Below are positions 17,454-28,349 of a stretch of DNA of 64,000 nucleotides, one piece after another. The DNA lies in sequence record ON287376.1. One strand, given 5' to 3'. A model generated the notes under the pieces. That model was not told the DNA's origin and did no database searches. It saw nothing but the letters and a program-made list of their open reading frames with translations. Position 1 is the first letter of the stretch; every line of letters begins with the position of its first letter. The position numbers and the translations under genes are program-made.

Positions 17454-17897
17454 ATGAAGAAACTCACCGCTGTTATCGCACTGACCGCTGCTCTGTTCTC
17501 CGCCAATACCCTGGCCGGGACATGGGGCTCTTCCTGGGCACAAGGAACCACTGAGGTTATTAACAATAACGCAAACGGCTCCTCTGTAAACTTCTCCTGT
17601 TCGGACGATGGTGATAAGCGCATTCTGTTCGTAGATACTGCAGATGGCCGTCGCTACGACAGCGAAACTGACGGTTACACTATCGTTGCTAAAATCGATG
17701 GTAACGAAGTTCGGTTTGTTTCTACCCTTAGCCGTGTTGGTGCGGCGAACTGGGCGTACTTCTGGGAGAAGGCGGAAACTGTGAAATCCAAAACCATCAC
17801 AGTGATCGTCCCTAACCACAAGCCGTTCACTGTATCCACCGCAGGTCTGAAAGCTGTCGCAAAAGACAAATCGCTGAAAGACTGCTTCTTTAAATAA
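17454..17897 (+). CDS. Secreted/periplasmic protein
   Basis: Sec signal peptide MKKLTAVIALTAALFSANTLA; AGGA RBS. Confidence 0.75.
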   Translation: MKKLTAVIALTAALFSANTLAGTWGSSWAQGTTEVINNNANGSSVNFSCSDDGDKRILFVDTADGRRYDSETDGYTIVAKIDGNEVRFVSTLSRVGAANWAYFWEKAETVKSKTITVIVPNHKPFTVSTAGLKAVAKDKSLKDCFFK

Positions 17898-17908
17898 TCG
17901 AGGTATCG

Positions 17909-18208
17909 ATGAAGTTCGAAATTGATAAAGGCCTTCTGCAATTCCTGTACGCTGACGACACAGGTACTTACGCCGTAGTCGGTGCGCCAGGGAAACGTGA
18001 CTTCTCACTCAACCTTCGTTCCGGTGTCTACAAACAGGTTTCATTCGCTGAATTCGGCTCAAAGCCTAAAGACGGCGATAAGATCTACTTCGACGCCAAC
18101 GGGACTTTCGTCAGTCTCGTTAAAAAGGCGAAGAGCACTGAAAAAGTTAACGAAGGGAAAGGCGGTATGGGCAAAGGCTCAAAAACTTTCCGTGAGCACT
18201 GCTTCTAA
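17909..18208 (+). CDS. Hypothetical protein
   Basis: GAGGT RBS; 99 aa; terminator downstream. Confidence 0.7.
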   Translation: MKFEIDKGLLQFLYADDTGTYAVVGAPGKRDFSLNLRSGVYKQVSFAEFGSKPKDGDKIYFDANGTFVSLVKKAKSTEKVNEGKGGMGKGSKTFREHCF

Positions 18209-18276
18209 CGGAGCATAGGAGAGGGCATTTAGCCCTCTCTTTATTTTTTGTTTCATTGACAAATAAGGAGATCGCT

Positions 18277-18804
18277 TTGTCTATTATTCTTTATCACAAG
18301 GGTGTTATTGCTGCTGACTCAAGAGGGATTATTGATCAGGGGAAATACACAGAGCGTTTGTGCGGTATGCTCAAGTTATTCTCATTCGGCGGGAAAGTCG
18401 TTATGGGGATGGTTGGCGATAACACGACCATTGACTGGGCGTGTAAAGAGTTCTTTTATTTCAGTGAGAAAGTCATTGAAATGGAGGAGGGGGATTTAGA
18501 TACGCTTCCATTATCTAAAGACATCCTGGAACGGTACGGTATGGAAGACTCTACTCGTACGCTTTGCTTCATGACACGTAGACACCATTACTACGTCGGG
18601 GTGACGGGTATCATACGCTGGGAGAAAGGTATCCCGTGGGCAGCTGGTAACGGGATGCGTACTGCTCTGCAATCGTTATCTAACGGATTCGATGTAGAGG
18701 CTTCGGTGCGCAATGCCATATTGATGAATCCTGATTGCGGTGGCACGGTAGTCATTCACCATGCTAAAGATCTGGAGCTTATCAAAAGGAAGAAATCTAA
18801 ATGA
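18277..18804 (+). CDS. Proteasome-beta/HslV-like Ntn hydrolase
   Basis: TTG start 6 nt after AAGGAG gives (M)SIILYHKGVIAADSR; downstream Lys (MLKLF), AAGNG and AV..A...NPDCGGTV match the Ntn peptidase pattern with Ser1 as nucleophile. Confidence 0.7.
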   Translation: MSIILYHKGVIAADSRGIIDQGKYTERLCGMLKLFSFGGKVVMGMVGDNTTIDWACKEFFYFSEKVIEMEEGDLDTLPLSKDILERYGMEDSTRTLCFMTRRHHYYVGVTGIIRWEKGIPWAAGNGMRTALQSLSNGFDVEASVRNAILMNPDCGGTVVIHHAKDLELIKRKKSK

Positions 18805-19280
18805 AAAACTTCGCAGCTTTCTACGATGATAAAGTCATCTTTAGTACGAAGATCCAAAAGAGTTCAGGGCTACCGACTACTCTTAGCTGGGATTCTCTAT
18901 TCACGCCACACGGATTCATTGTCCCCTACTCTCTAAGCTGTTTCGCTATCCTTGATATCATCGAAGACAACAAGGTTCCCGTTGATCGTTCCGGTGAAAT
19001 GCTAGGGATGCTCATTACTCCCGAGGGTAGGGTTTACGAGTATGCGGTAGGGAGTAACAACAAAGTTATCTGTAACCGTCTGGTAATCGGTAAAGGTTTC
19101 CGTCATTGCCGTTCTGCTGATTACCTTACTGAAGATACAATGAACTCTGCGATCCACTTAACAACCAGTCCAGAAGCAGCGTTGGATTGGTTCCACAAAA
19201 CTTTGCCGACATTCACTAACAGTTACTTCGTCATGGGTGTCGACGACATCGTAGCCAAGATTAAGGAAAAGGGTCTATGA
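18801..19280 (+). CDS. Probable catalytically inactive Ntn-fold paralog
   Basis: NFAAFYDDKVIFST parallels SIILYHKGVIAADS; AIHLTTSPEAALDW parallels the C-terminal helix pair; ATGA-coupled. Confidence 0.45.
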   Translation: MKNFAAFYDDKVIFSTKIQKSSGLPTTLSWDSLFTPHGFIVPYSLSCFAILDIIEDNKVPVDRSGEMLGMLITPEGRVYEYAVGSNNKVICNRLVIGKGFRHCRSADYLTEDTMNSAIHLTTSPEAALDWFHKTLPTFTNSYFVMGVDDIVAKIKEKGL

Positions 19281-19900
19281 ACGAAATAGAAAAAGATGAG
19301 GTTGTCACCAGCAGGCCTCCCGCTACTGATCGCGCTACGCTTTACGATGTACTGAACGTAGACATCAACAAAGCGGTACTCCGTGTGCGTGGTCGCGTTA
19401 CGCCGGTTGATGCAGCTAAACGGCTGTTGGCTTTGGTGGAAACTGCTAGAAGTAAATACTCGGGTGAACATTCGATCGATCTTCATGACGTTTCTGATCA
19501 TCGTTACATGATCATCGAACGTAATAACGACATCATTGAGTTCGGTGGCGTCGATACTACTAGTGACCGTGTCGCCTCAGTTAATCTGTCTTTAGAGGTT
19601 GCTATACTGGATCGCGGTATCGAATTCCTCACCAAGTTCATTGAGATAAAGTCTGCGGAAGTTGATCAGATTTTACTCGGCGGCGGCCGTGCTATTAGTT
19701 GCCCGGCTGTAATTGAGAAATACTTCGAAGCTGAAGAGATCGAACTCTTACGCGATGAGTCTGAGTTACCTCAACTAAAGATGTTTAAACCTAAGGGGAT
19801 GAACATCCCAGGGAACAACCGATCCATCCACAACAAAGTTAAACCAGGGAAATTCTTCAACAAAAACAGGAACTTCCGTTCTTCTGGTCGGGGCAGATAA
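19277..19900 (+). CDS. Hypothetical protein with basic C-terminal tail
   Basis: 207 aa ending KFFNKNRNFRSSGRGR; double terminator downstream. Confidence 0.7.
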   Translation: MNEIEKDEVVTSRPPATDRATLYDVLNVDINKAVLRVRGRVTPVDAAKRLLALVETARSKYSGEHSIDLHDVSDHRYMIIERNNDIIEFGGVDTTSDRVASVNLSLEVAILDRGIEFLTKFIEIKSAEVDQILLGGGRAISCPAVIEKYFEAEEIELLRDESELPQLKMFKPKGMNIPGNNRSIHNKVKPGKFFNKNRNFRSSGRGR

Positions 19901-20070
19901 TTTCCCCTTGATTCTATGATTCCGGGAAGTAAGCAGTACAAATAATCCCTCCCTTTTGGGAGGGATTCTTAAGAGGGTCGTCCCTCTTTTTTTGTTCCCT
20001 TATTTTTTCAAATACTCTTTAAATAGTTTAGTAACAACTAGACTATCACCCCTCCTTTAAGGAATAAACC

Positions 20071-20229
20071 ATGCAACAGTCAGCACCTGCTAATGTAGCA
20101 GAAGTAAAACCAGAGAACGCTTATTTCGAATCTGGTTCAAACGAGCAACCTGTGTCAGTCTCTCAATGCGACTTTCATTACGGTAGCCTGGACGGCCTGG
20201 CAACCATTATGGCAAACCCTCAGCACTAA
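20071..20229 (+). CDS. 52-aa hypothetical protein (not in ORF track)
   Basis: AAGGA RBS; MQQSAPANVAEVKPENAYFESG...NPQH. Confidence 0.6.
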   Translation: MQQSAPANVAEVKPENAYFESGSNEQPVSVSQCDFHYGSLDGLATIMANPQH

Positions 20230-20240
20230 GGAAAATAAAC

Positions 20241-20510
20241 GTGACTAAAGATCTTTCTTCCTATTTCAAACCAGCCGCCGATTCTACTGCTCTGCCAGGC
20301 CAAACTCGTGGCGAAACTAAATTAACAACGACCTTCGACGAGCTCCCGGTAACTGGCGCCGGCGCAAAGGTTATCGATCAAAGCGGTGATTCCCTGGACT
20401 CTTTGTTCGATGGTATCGATTTCGATGCGGTAGCTGCTCGTAACGAAGAGCGGGCTGAAAGCGGTGAAGAGTTCGTCGATGACGGCGACTGCGAAGGCTG
20501 CAAGATCTGA
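20241..20510 (+). CDS. Acidic disordered protein ending in an NrdA-like CxxC redox tail
   Basis: C-terminus EEFVDDGDCEGCKI; AAGGA RBS, GTG start, highly biased codons. Confidence 0.75.
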   Translation: MTKDLSSYFKPAADSTALPGQTRGETKLTTTFDELPVTGAGAKVIDQSGDSLDSLFDGIDFDAVAARNEERAESGEEFVDDGDCEGCKI

Positions 20511-20523
20511 AGATAATTTCAGG

Positions 20524-20543
20524 TCTATATTACTTTAATGATA
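20524..20543 (+). promoter_or_regulatory. Putative early promoter
   Basis: tctatattactttaatgata is identical over 20 bp to 38903-38922 and contains TATATTAC. Confidence 0.75.
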
Positions 20544-20622
20544 ATCGAATCAGTCGATTAAATCGAGAGTAGGATTTTCCTACTCTCTACTATTTTACAA
20601 TTTAGTTTAGAGAGATTTACAC

Positions 20623-20997
20623 ATGAGCGTTACATCTTTGACCAAAGTCCGTTTACCGATTCCATCTTTCTGGCGTCAAAGCGATTTGGAAAAGATCGCA
20701 AAAGCTTTGAATAACCGTAGCGTGGTACTGGGTGAAACTAACCCTACCTTCCCAGTTAAAGAACCGGGTCGCTTCTACGAAATCAAAAAGCCAACGCATC
20801 GCCTGGAAAACTTCCGTGCTACTGACGGACAGTTAACCGCAAGTGTTAAGATCATCGACCCTGAAGTGCTGGGTGACATTATCGATGGTCGTTCTTACAA
20901 TTTCAGTATCCGTCGTAACAATGACGTTTTCGCTAAAGACGGTAGTACTTGCTCAAGTGCTCCTGGTCTGATCGCGATCGATATCCGTTTTAACTAG
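20623..20997 (+). CDS. Degenerate prohead-protease-like protein
   Basis: VLGETNP...PTHRL...QLTASVKII...NFSIRR parallels the GELxHP...SH...SxR layout of phage prohead proteases, but the first His is missing. Confidence 0.45.
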   Translation: MSVTSLTKVRLPIPSFWRQSDLEKIAKALNNRSVVLGETNPTFPVKEPGRFYEIKKPTHRLENFRATDGQLTASVKIIDPEVLGDIIDGRSYNFSIRRNNDVFAKDGSTCSSAPGLIAIDIRFN

Positions 20998-21044
20998 CCG
21001 TTGTGAAGTACGAGTAATTCACTGGCAATACCAGGGAAACCATT

Positions 21045-21338
21045 ATGTCTGAACTTAAACAAATAGAGGAAGCGATGATGAACATGAACCAAGTAGAAAA
21101 GGAAGAAATGTCGGATGCCCTGATCTCCCTTCAGCTGTGCAACTACAACAACCCGACTAACAACGTCGCGATTAAGAACTGCGCTGCATCTATCCGTGGC
21201 CGGGCACTGACTTTGCCGGTACGTGATCTGATGCATCTGGTTCAGATGTCGCCGCAACCACTGCGTTCAGTTATCAACGCGCTGCAGAAGTACCGTCCAA
21301 CTGACTTGAAGGAAGGTACGTTGTCAATACACCGTTAA
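21045..21338 (+). CDS. Hypothetical protein
   Basis: 97-aa ORF with RBS. Confidence 0.65.
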   Translation: MSELKQIEEAMMNMNQVEKEEMSDALISLQLCNYNNPTNNVAIKNCAASIRGRALTLPVRDLMHLVQMSPQPLRSVINALQKYRPTDLKEGTLSIHR

Positions 21339-21348
21339 CAGGTGGAAC

Positions 21349-21768
21349 ATGGCATTCAACACAACACCAGGGAAACGCGTCCTCGTACTCGGGGACGTAC
21401 CTATTTATTTCAAGGCGTACGCGAAAGCATACCGTCTTGATATAAACGACATCGCTAACGCGCTATTACAAGGTGTAGCCTATGTCCTCTCCAACGAATG
21501 GGACGCAAACAGCGACCGTGATGAGAACTTCTCTATGGCGATTCAGGACTACCTTTATTGGGAGTATGAATTAGCTCAGATAACGGAAGAGGACTTGCAG
21601 CACTTAATAGATCGTTGGGAAGAGATCATTCATAGCGTACTGGTAAACAACCGGCTAGATTGGTTAATTCGGATGGCGGAAAGTAACGGACTTGACGTCG
21701 ATAGTTGTCGAGATCGTTTCAAAGCTCGCGTCGTCAAGAATCGATTAGAGATCGAATTCCTGAGGTAA
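21349..21768 (+). CDS. Hypothetical acidic protein, same layout as the 53980-57513 array
   Basis: RVLVLGDV strand, helices, acidic core, terminal FKARVVKNRLEIEF hairpin. Confidence 0.65.
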   Translation: MAFNTTPGKRVLVLGDVPIYFKAYAKAYRLDINDIANALLQGVAYVLSNEWDANSDRDENFSMAIQDYLYWEYELAQITEEDLQHLIDRWEEIIHSVLVNNRLDWLIRMAESNGLDVDSCRDRFKARVVKNRLEIEFLR

Positions 21769-21773
21769 GAAAG

Positions 21774-21965
21774 ATGTCCGTAATTTCGATCACCCCTCCG
21801 GACTACAGTCCGGTTACAATTTCGGGTCAGGTTGCTCAAGATAGTCTGCGCGATATCGAAGTACTTGAGGCTAAGTTAGGTATCACACTTCCACGCAAAC
21901 TTCGTATCACGATGATCGAGAAGTTGATTACCAGCAAACTTAACAAATGTAATATCACACAGTGA
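21774..21965 (+). CDS. Small hypothetical protein
   Basis: ATG at 21774 after GAGGT. Confidence 0.55.
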   Translation: MSVISITPPDYSPVTISGQVAQDSLRDIEVLEAKLGITLPRKLRITMIEKLITSKLNKCNITQ

Positions 21966-22002
21966 GGCGAAAGCCTCACTCCTATTTTCTACAGGAGGAT
22001 AA

Positions 22003-22290
22003 ATGTCTGTACCTTCAGCTAATGGAACGTCAATGGATGAGCTTCGTTGCTTTATGGATGTCCTCATGACTATCGCCATCAGTTACAAAATTCATAACGG
22101 TAATCCCGGTAAGGTAATGGCTACTGCGATGTTGGTATTGCAGCGTGTCCCTTATGATTACCCTAAGGAAGTTTGCAAGGCGGTCATTAATGACCCTAAG
22201 AACACATTGGCAATCGTTAATACGATTACCATGTCTCACTTCAAACGACCAATAATCATCCCTTCGGAACGCGATCTAAAAAGAGGGTAA
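22003..22290 (+). CDS. Hypothetical protein
   Basis: AGGAGG RBS. Confidence 0.65.
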   Translation: MSVPSANGTSMDELRCFMDVLMTIAISYKIHNGNPGKVMATAMLVLQRVPYDYPKEVCKAVINDPKNTLAIVNTITMSHFKRPIIIPSERDLKRG

Positions 22291-22295
22291 GGCAG

Positions 22296-24652
<2,357 letters not shown>

Positions 24653-24757
24653 AACGATTAATTAAAGGCTGCCTCTTCGGAGGCGCCTTCCTTTTTGTTG
24701 CTGGCTTTTCTTTTTTGTTCGGATTATGGTTTACGTTTATAAACATCTGAGGTCAAA

Positions 24758-25036
24758 ATGCCATACGTAAATTTACCTGACGGTGAGTTAACCAAAGACT
24801 CCAGTTTAATCATCACCGGGGTAATTTCTAAGGAAGTTACTTATCTGCCTTTAGTCGATATTAAAACTATCGGTAAACCTTATCGTAGCGGGCCAGGTAA
24901 ATGGGCTCTCTGGGTATTCGAAGTGGAGAAGAAGGATGGTACTTCCATTACCCTTACTCCTTTAAAGAACTTCGGTGGAACTCGTGAAGAGCTCCATCAA
25001 AAGTGCGAGTTAATCAGTTCACTGTTGGGGGAATGA
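24758..25036 (+). CDS. Hypothetical protein (PH-like?)
   Basis: GAGGT RBS; YLPLVDIKTIG strand pattern. Confidence 0.65.
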   Translation: MPYVNLPDGELTKDSSLIITGVISKEVTYLPLVDIKTIGKPYRSGPGKWALWVFEVEKKDGTSITLTPLKNFGGTREELHQKCELISSLLGE

Positions 25037-25037
25037 A

Positions 25038-25970
25038 ATGTACGATTATCCTGTTAATGATAAAAACGTTGTAGTCTTCTATCACGATAGCTGCATGGAC
25101 GGCTTCGCAGCCGCTGCGCTGATGTATACTCGTTATCCATTGGCCACGTATCAACCAATTAACTACGGTCGTCCTAATACTCTGGACGTCGAAGGTAAGG
25201 TAGTCTTCTTCGTAGACTTCTGCCCTGACACTGAGTGGACAAGCGCTAACTGGGAAAAGACCCAGCGTTGCATTCTACTCGACCATCACAAAGACTCTAC
25301 TGACCGTGCTGGTCATGCGAAAGAGCACATGCGTCCAGGTGACCACATCGGTTTCGATATGGCTCACTCAGGTGCAGGCCTGGCATGGGAATACCTCTAT
25401 CCAAACGAACCAATGCCGCCTATGGTTAAATTGGTAGAACTGCGTGACCTTTGGTTACTTACCCCGGACATGCGTAAGTATCACGAGTACTTCGCTACCT
25501 TCCTGGCTAAGGGTGAACCGGATGTTATCTTCCCGCCGTTCGTTAAAGTCCTTTACACCCAAGACCAAGCTGGTGTAGATGAAATTACTGCGATGGCTGA
25601 TATCCTGGTCAAAGCACGCGATCAGCAAGTAGAGTGGTTCATGAAGAATGCTACTTGGTGGTATCGCGGTCAGGTTATTCGCGGCCCTAAAGGTCAAGTC
25701 GATACCACCATCGCCGTTCTGAACTGCCCGCATATCTTCATCTCTGAGGTTGCTTCTCAGATCATGGAGAAGAACCCGCGTGTTGATCTGGTGATCGGTA
25801 CAAGTATTAGCGGCAAGGGTATGGGATTCAGTTTCCGTTCTCGTGCCGGTTCCGGGTTAGCGTCCCATGTAGCTAAGAAGTTCTCTGGTGGTGGCCACCC
25901 TGATGCAGCAGGTGGTCGTTGTGCAGGTATTAAGAGTTACGAAGAACTGGTGAAAGAGGCCTGTGAATGA
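25038..25970 (+). CDS. DHH/DHHA1 family phosphoesterase
   Basis: YHDSCMDGF, FVDFC, LLDHHK, RDLW, SFRS and GGGHPDAAG. Confidence 0.92.
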   Translation: MYDYPVNDKNVVVFYHDSCMDGFAAAALMYTRYPLATYQPINYGRPNTLDVEGKVVFFVDFCPDTEWTSANWEKTQRCILLDHHKDSTDRAGHAKEHMRPGDHIGFDMAHSGAGLAWEYLYPNEPMPPMVKLVELRDLWLLTPDMRKYHEYFATFLAKGEPDVIFPPFVKVLYTQDQAGVDEITAMADILVKARDQQVEWFMKNATWWYRGQVIRGPKGQVDTTIAVLNCPHIFISEVASQIMEKNPRVDLVIGTSISGKGMGFSFRSRAGSGLASHVAKKFSGGGHPDAAGGRCAGIKSYEELVKEACE

Positions 25971-26479
25971 TCGAAGCTCCTGAACTCTCTATAGAGCCCT
26001 GCGGGGGCTCTAAACAAATGATTCGTTACGCCGGTACGACCATCGTAGTCGACTTCGATACACTGGCGAACATTTCAATCAATAAACCAAATTCCTTTGG
26101 CTATCGTTCCTCGATAGTCTTTATTGACAACACCGGGTTCCAACAAGTCGTCCAAGTCGAAGGTAACGACTTTGCTCTCTACGAAGAGTTCACTCTCCGT
26201 GTTATCGATATCTGGAAAGTTTGGCTGCGTAACACTGCTGGCTTTGTTAACGATATTGAACCGCCTGTTATGAGATATTATGCTGATAGAAAATTATTGG
26301 CTATCAAGTGGGGTGGTAATACAGTTAACGTCTACAAAGATGGACTCGAAACTGTTAGGCATTTAGGTGACCAATTGGTCATCGATTACGGTAATCGAAA
26401 AGTTATCAGGCTGCTGAGTGCTCGAGTGGATCTCCTGGATACAGTTAACAAGGAGATACAAGGCAGACTGATAGTGTAA
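25967..26479 (+). CDS. Hypothetical protein (two beta-rich halves)
   Basis: 170 aa; ATGA-coupled. Confidence 0.7.
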   Translation: MIEAPELSIEPCGGSKQMIRYAGTTIVVDFDTLANISINKPNSFGYRSSIVFIDNTGFQQVVQVEGNDFALYEEFTLRVIDIWKVWLRNTAGFVNDIEPPVMRYYADRKLLAIKWGGNTVNVYKDGLETVRHLGDQLVIDYGNRKVIRLLSARVDLLDTVNKEIQGRLIV

Positions 26480-26500
26480 TAATCACAGCAGAGTCCTCGT

Positions 26501-26776
26501 ATGCAAAAAGACATCTTTATGGCCCTTAACCAAGATGAGACTTCTTTCATCGTTAAGGATAAAAACAGTAACACTGTAGTAATGGCAGATAAGATCCTCA
26601 GTGTCGGTAATGTCTTCCGTCGTTGTCTGGTAGGATCTTGGTTCCTCGACTTACGTTTCACCTCCGGTGAAGCCGTCAGGTTCGTGGCCAATCGTGATCA
26701 ATTAATTCGCTTGAAGATCGCTTTGATCAGTGCGGTAGAAACTAACGCCCGACGTTTACGTCGAAAGACCAACTAA
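26501..26776 (+). CDS. Hypothetical protein (PH-like?)
   Basis: 91 aa; VVMADKILSVG pattern. Confidence 0.6.
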   Translation: MQKDIFMALNQDETSFIVKDKNSNTVVMADKILSVGNVFRRCLVGSWFLDLRFTSGEAVRFVANRDQLIRLKIALISAVETNARRLRRKTN

Positions 26777-26789
26777 GAAAGGAAAGTAA

Positions 26790-27407
26790 ATGGAACAACA
26801 GCTCGCTCAAAATATTCCCGGTTACAAATTGTTTATTGTCTGGGATCTGGACGATACCGTATTTGATACCGAACATGCTTTAGTTAATTGGATTAACAAA
26901 AAGTATAACGCCAACTATGTCTGGGGTAATCGACTGGGTCGTAAAGGTGTTGAAGGTGAACGCCTGATGGATGCACTGGAAGATGCATTCTTCATGCGCG
27001 ACGGAGTATTCTGTCCGGGCTGGGAAAAGTTCCCTGAATGGTTACGCTTTATGGAGTTCGCGTATCCTGAAGTTGGTCACCTCTTCGTTACTCACCGTGG
27101 TTACCACAAACGCGGCATGGAGTACACGTTAGAGAACTTCAAGAAACATGGCCTCGTTATGGAAGGCGTCGCTTTGGATCCTGAAGTTCACCCAGATAAA
27201 GAAGCCTGGCTGAAAACCCAGACTAACTTACCTTTCCTGTTATTCGACGATCGTCCTCATTGGACGAACGGCAATGGCGGATCGGATAATGTCATTTTGG
27301 TTAATCGGCCATGGAACTCTGAACTGCAGGGTTATCGTCGCGTTGAGTCTTTCAAGGATGTTCAGAAGCAAACGGTTGATTTCATTGTTTCTCATTTGGG
27401 TTATTAA
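26790..27407 (+). CDS. HAD-superfamily 5'(3')-deoxyribonucleotidase-like phosphatase
   Basis: WDLDDTV motif I, FVTHRG motif II, Lys, LFDDRP motif IV, RPWN tail. Confidence 0.88.
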   Translation: MEQQLAQNIPGYKLFIVWDLDDTVFDTEHALVNWINKKYNANYVWGNRLGRKGVEGERLMDALEDAFFMRDGVFCPGWEKFPEWLRFMEFAYPEVGHLFVTHRGYHKRGMEYTLENFKKHGLVMEGVALDPEVHPDKEAWLKTQTNLPFLLFDDRPHWTNGNGGSDNVILVNRPWNSELQGYRRVESFKDVQKQTVDFIVSHLGY

Positions 27408-27482
27408 AATAACGGAGTACGCTTTTGCGTACTCCGTTTATTTGTTTATGCACTCTTTTATTTTTTATTGAGGTATAACCTA

Positions 27483-28154
27483 ATGATGGAATTCGATCGT
27501 AACACTGCTAAGGCTCTGCAAGAGTCTCTGAACGCTGCAGGTTTTAACTGCGGCACTCCTGACGGTATCTGGGGAAAGAACTCCCAGGCTGCGCTGGAAG
27601 CATCTTATAAGCAGTACGATATCGCTTGGTCGGGTAACAAGAACGTCAATGACGAGTTCGTTACTAAGACTAAGAAAATTGCTAAGGATCTGCAGCAGAC
27701 AGATGATGGCGGTTGGTTAATGTCTTGCATGGCATTCGAAACAGGGCGTACTTTCTCCCCTACCATCCAGAATGGCGCAGGAGCAAGCTACTGGGGCCTC
27801 GTTCAGTTTGGATCCATGGCGATGCAGGACATTGGTGTCACTAAAGCACAACTGCTGACGATGACTGCAGTTCAGCAATTAGACTGCGTCTACAAATACT
27901 TCAAACCGTACACCGGTAAGCTCTACGATCTGACTTCATGCTACATGCGTATCTTGTGGCCGGTTGGTGTTACCAAACCGAACTCTTACGTCATGTGGGA
28001 TAAAAATATTCCAAGTCAAGCTAAGGCCTACGAGCAAAACCGTGGCCTGGACGTGGATAAGGACGGTAAGATTACCCGTGCAGAAGTGGGTACTACCATT
28101 TGGAAAATCTACGGCGAAGGTCTTCTGATCAAGAACCGTAAGAAGATCGCGTAA
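27483..28154 (+). CDS. Modular endolysin (PG-binding domain plus lysozyme-like catalytic domain)
   Basis: LQESLNAAGF..GTPDGIWGKNS PG-binding motif; MAFET catalytic Glu; GLVQF; EF-hand-like DVDKDGKITRAE. Confidence 0.85.
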   Translation: MMEFDRNTAKALQESLNAAGFNCGTPDGIWGKNSQAALEASYKQYDIAWSGNKNVNDEFVTKTKKIAKDLQQTDDGGWLMSCMAFETGRTFSPTIQNGAGASYWGLVQFGSMAMQDIGVTKAQLLTMTAVQQLDCVYKYFKPYTGKLYDLTSCYMRILWPVGVTKPNSYVMWDKNIPSQAKAYEQNRGLDVDKDGKITRAEVGTTIWKIYGEGLLIKNRKKIA

Positions 28155-28171
28155 CCTCGTAGGGGTGGCGT

Positions 28172-28294
28172 ATGAATGCAGAGATAGTAATTACTATTTC
28201 CGCAGCTGAGGTCTTAATCACTTCCGTGGTTATCTTGGCTATCCTGGTTGGGATATCGGGAGCAATTGCGTTTGTTAAGTTTGGACCTAAGTAA
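28172..28294 (+). CDS. 40-aa single-TM protein downstream of the endolysin (not in ORF track)
   Basis: MNAEIVITISAAEVLITSVVILAILVGISGAIAFVKFGPK; AGGGG RBS; upstream of the same terminator. Confidence 0.65.
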   Translation: MNAEIVITISAAEVLITSVVILAILVGISGAIAFVKFGPK

Positions 28295-28304
28295 TAAAGC
28301 AAAC

Positions 28305-28333
28305 ATAGACCAGGGCGTTTTGCCCTGGTCTAT
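28305..28333. terminator. Bidirectional terminator
   Basis: atagaccagggc-gtttt-gccctggtctat, a perfect 12-bp stem between convergent genes. Confidence 0.85.
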
Positions 28334-28349
28334 TATCTTATTTTGTCGA

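Noticed and set aside
20071-20510. Possible nrdA pseudogene
   Set aside because: No NrdA core sequence upstream of the tail in the frames examined; both small ORFs have their own RBS and intact frames.
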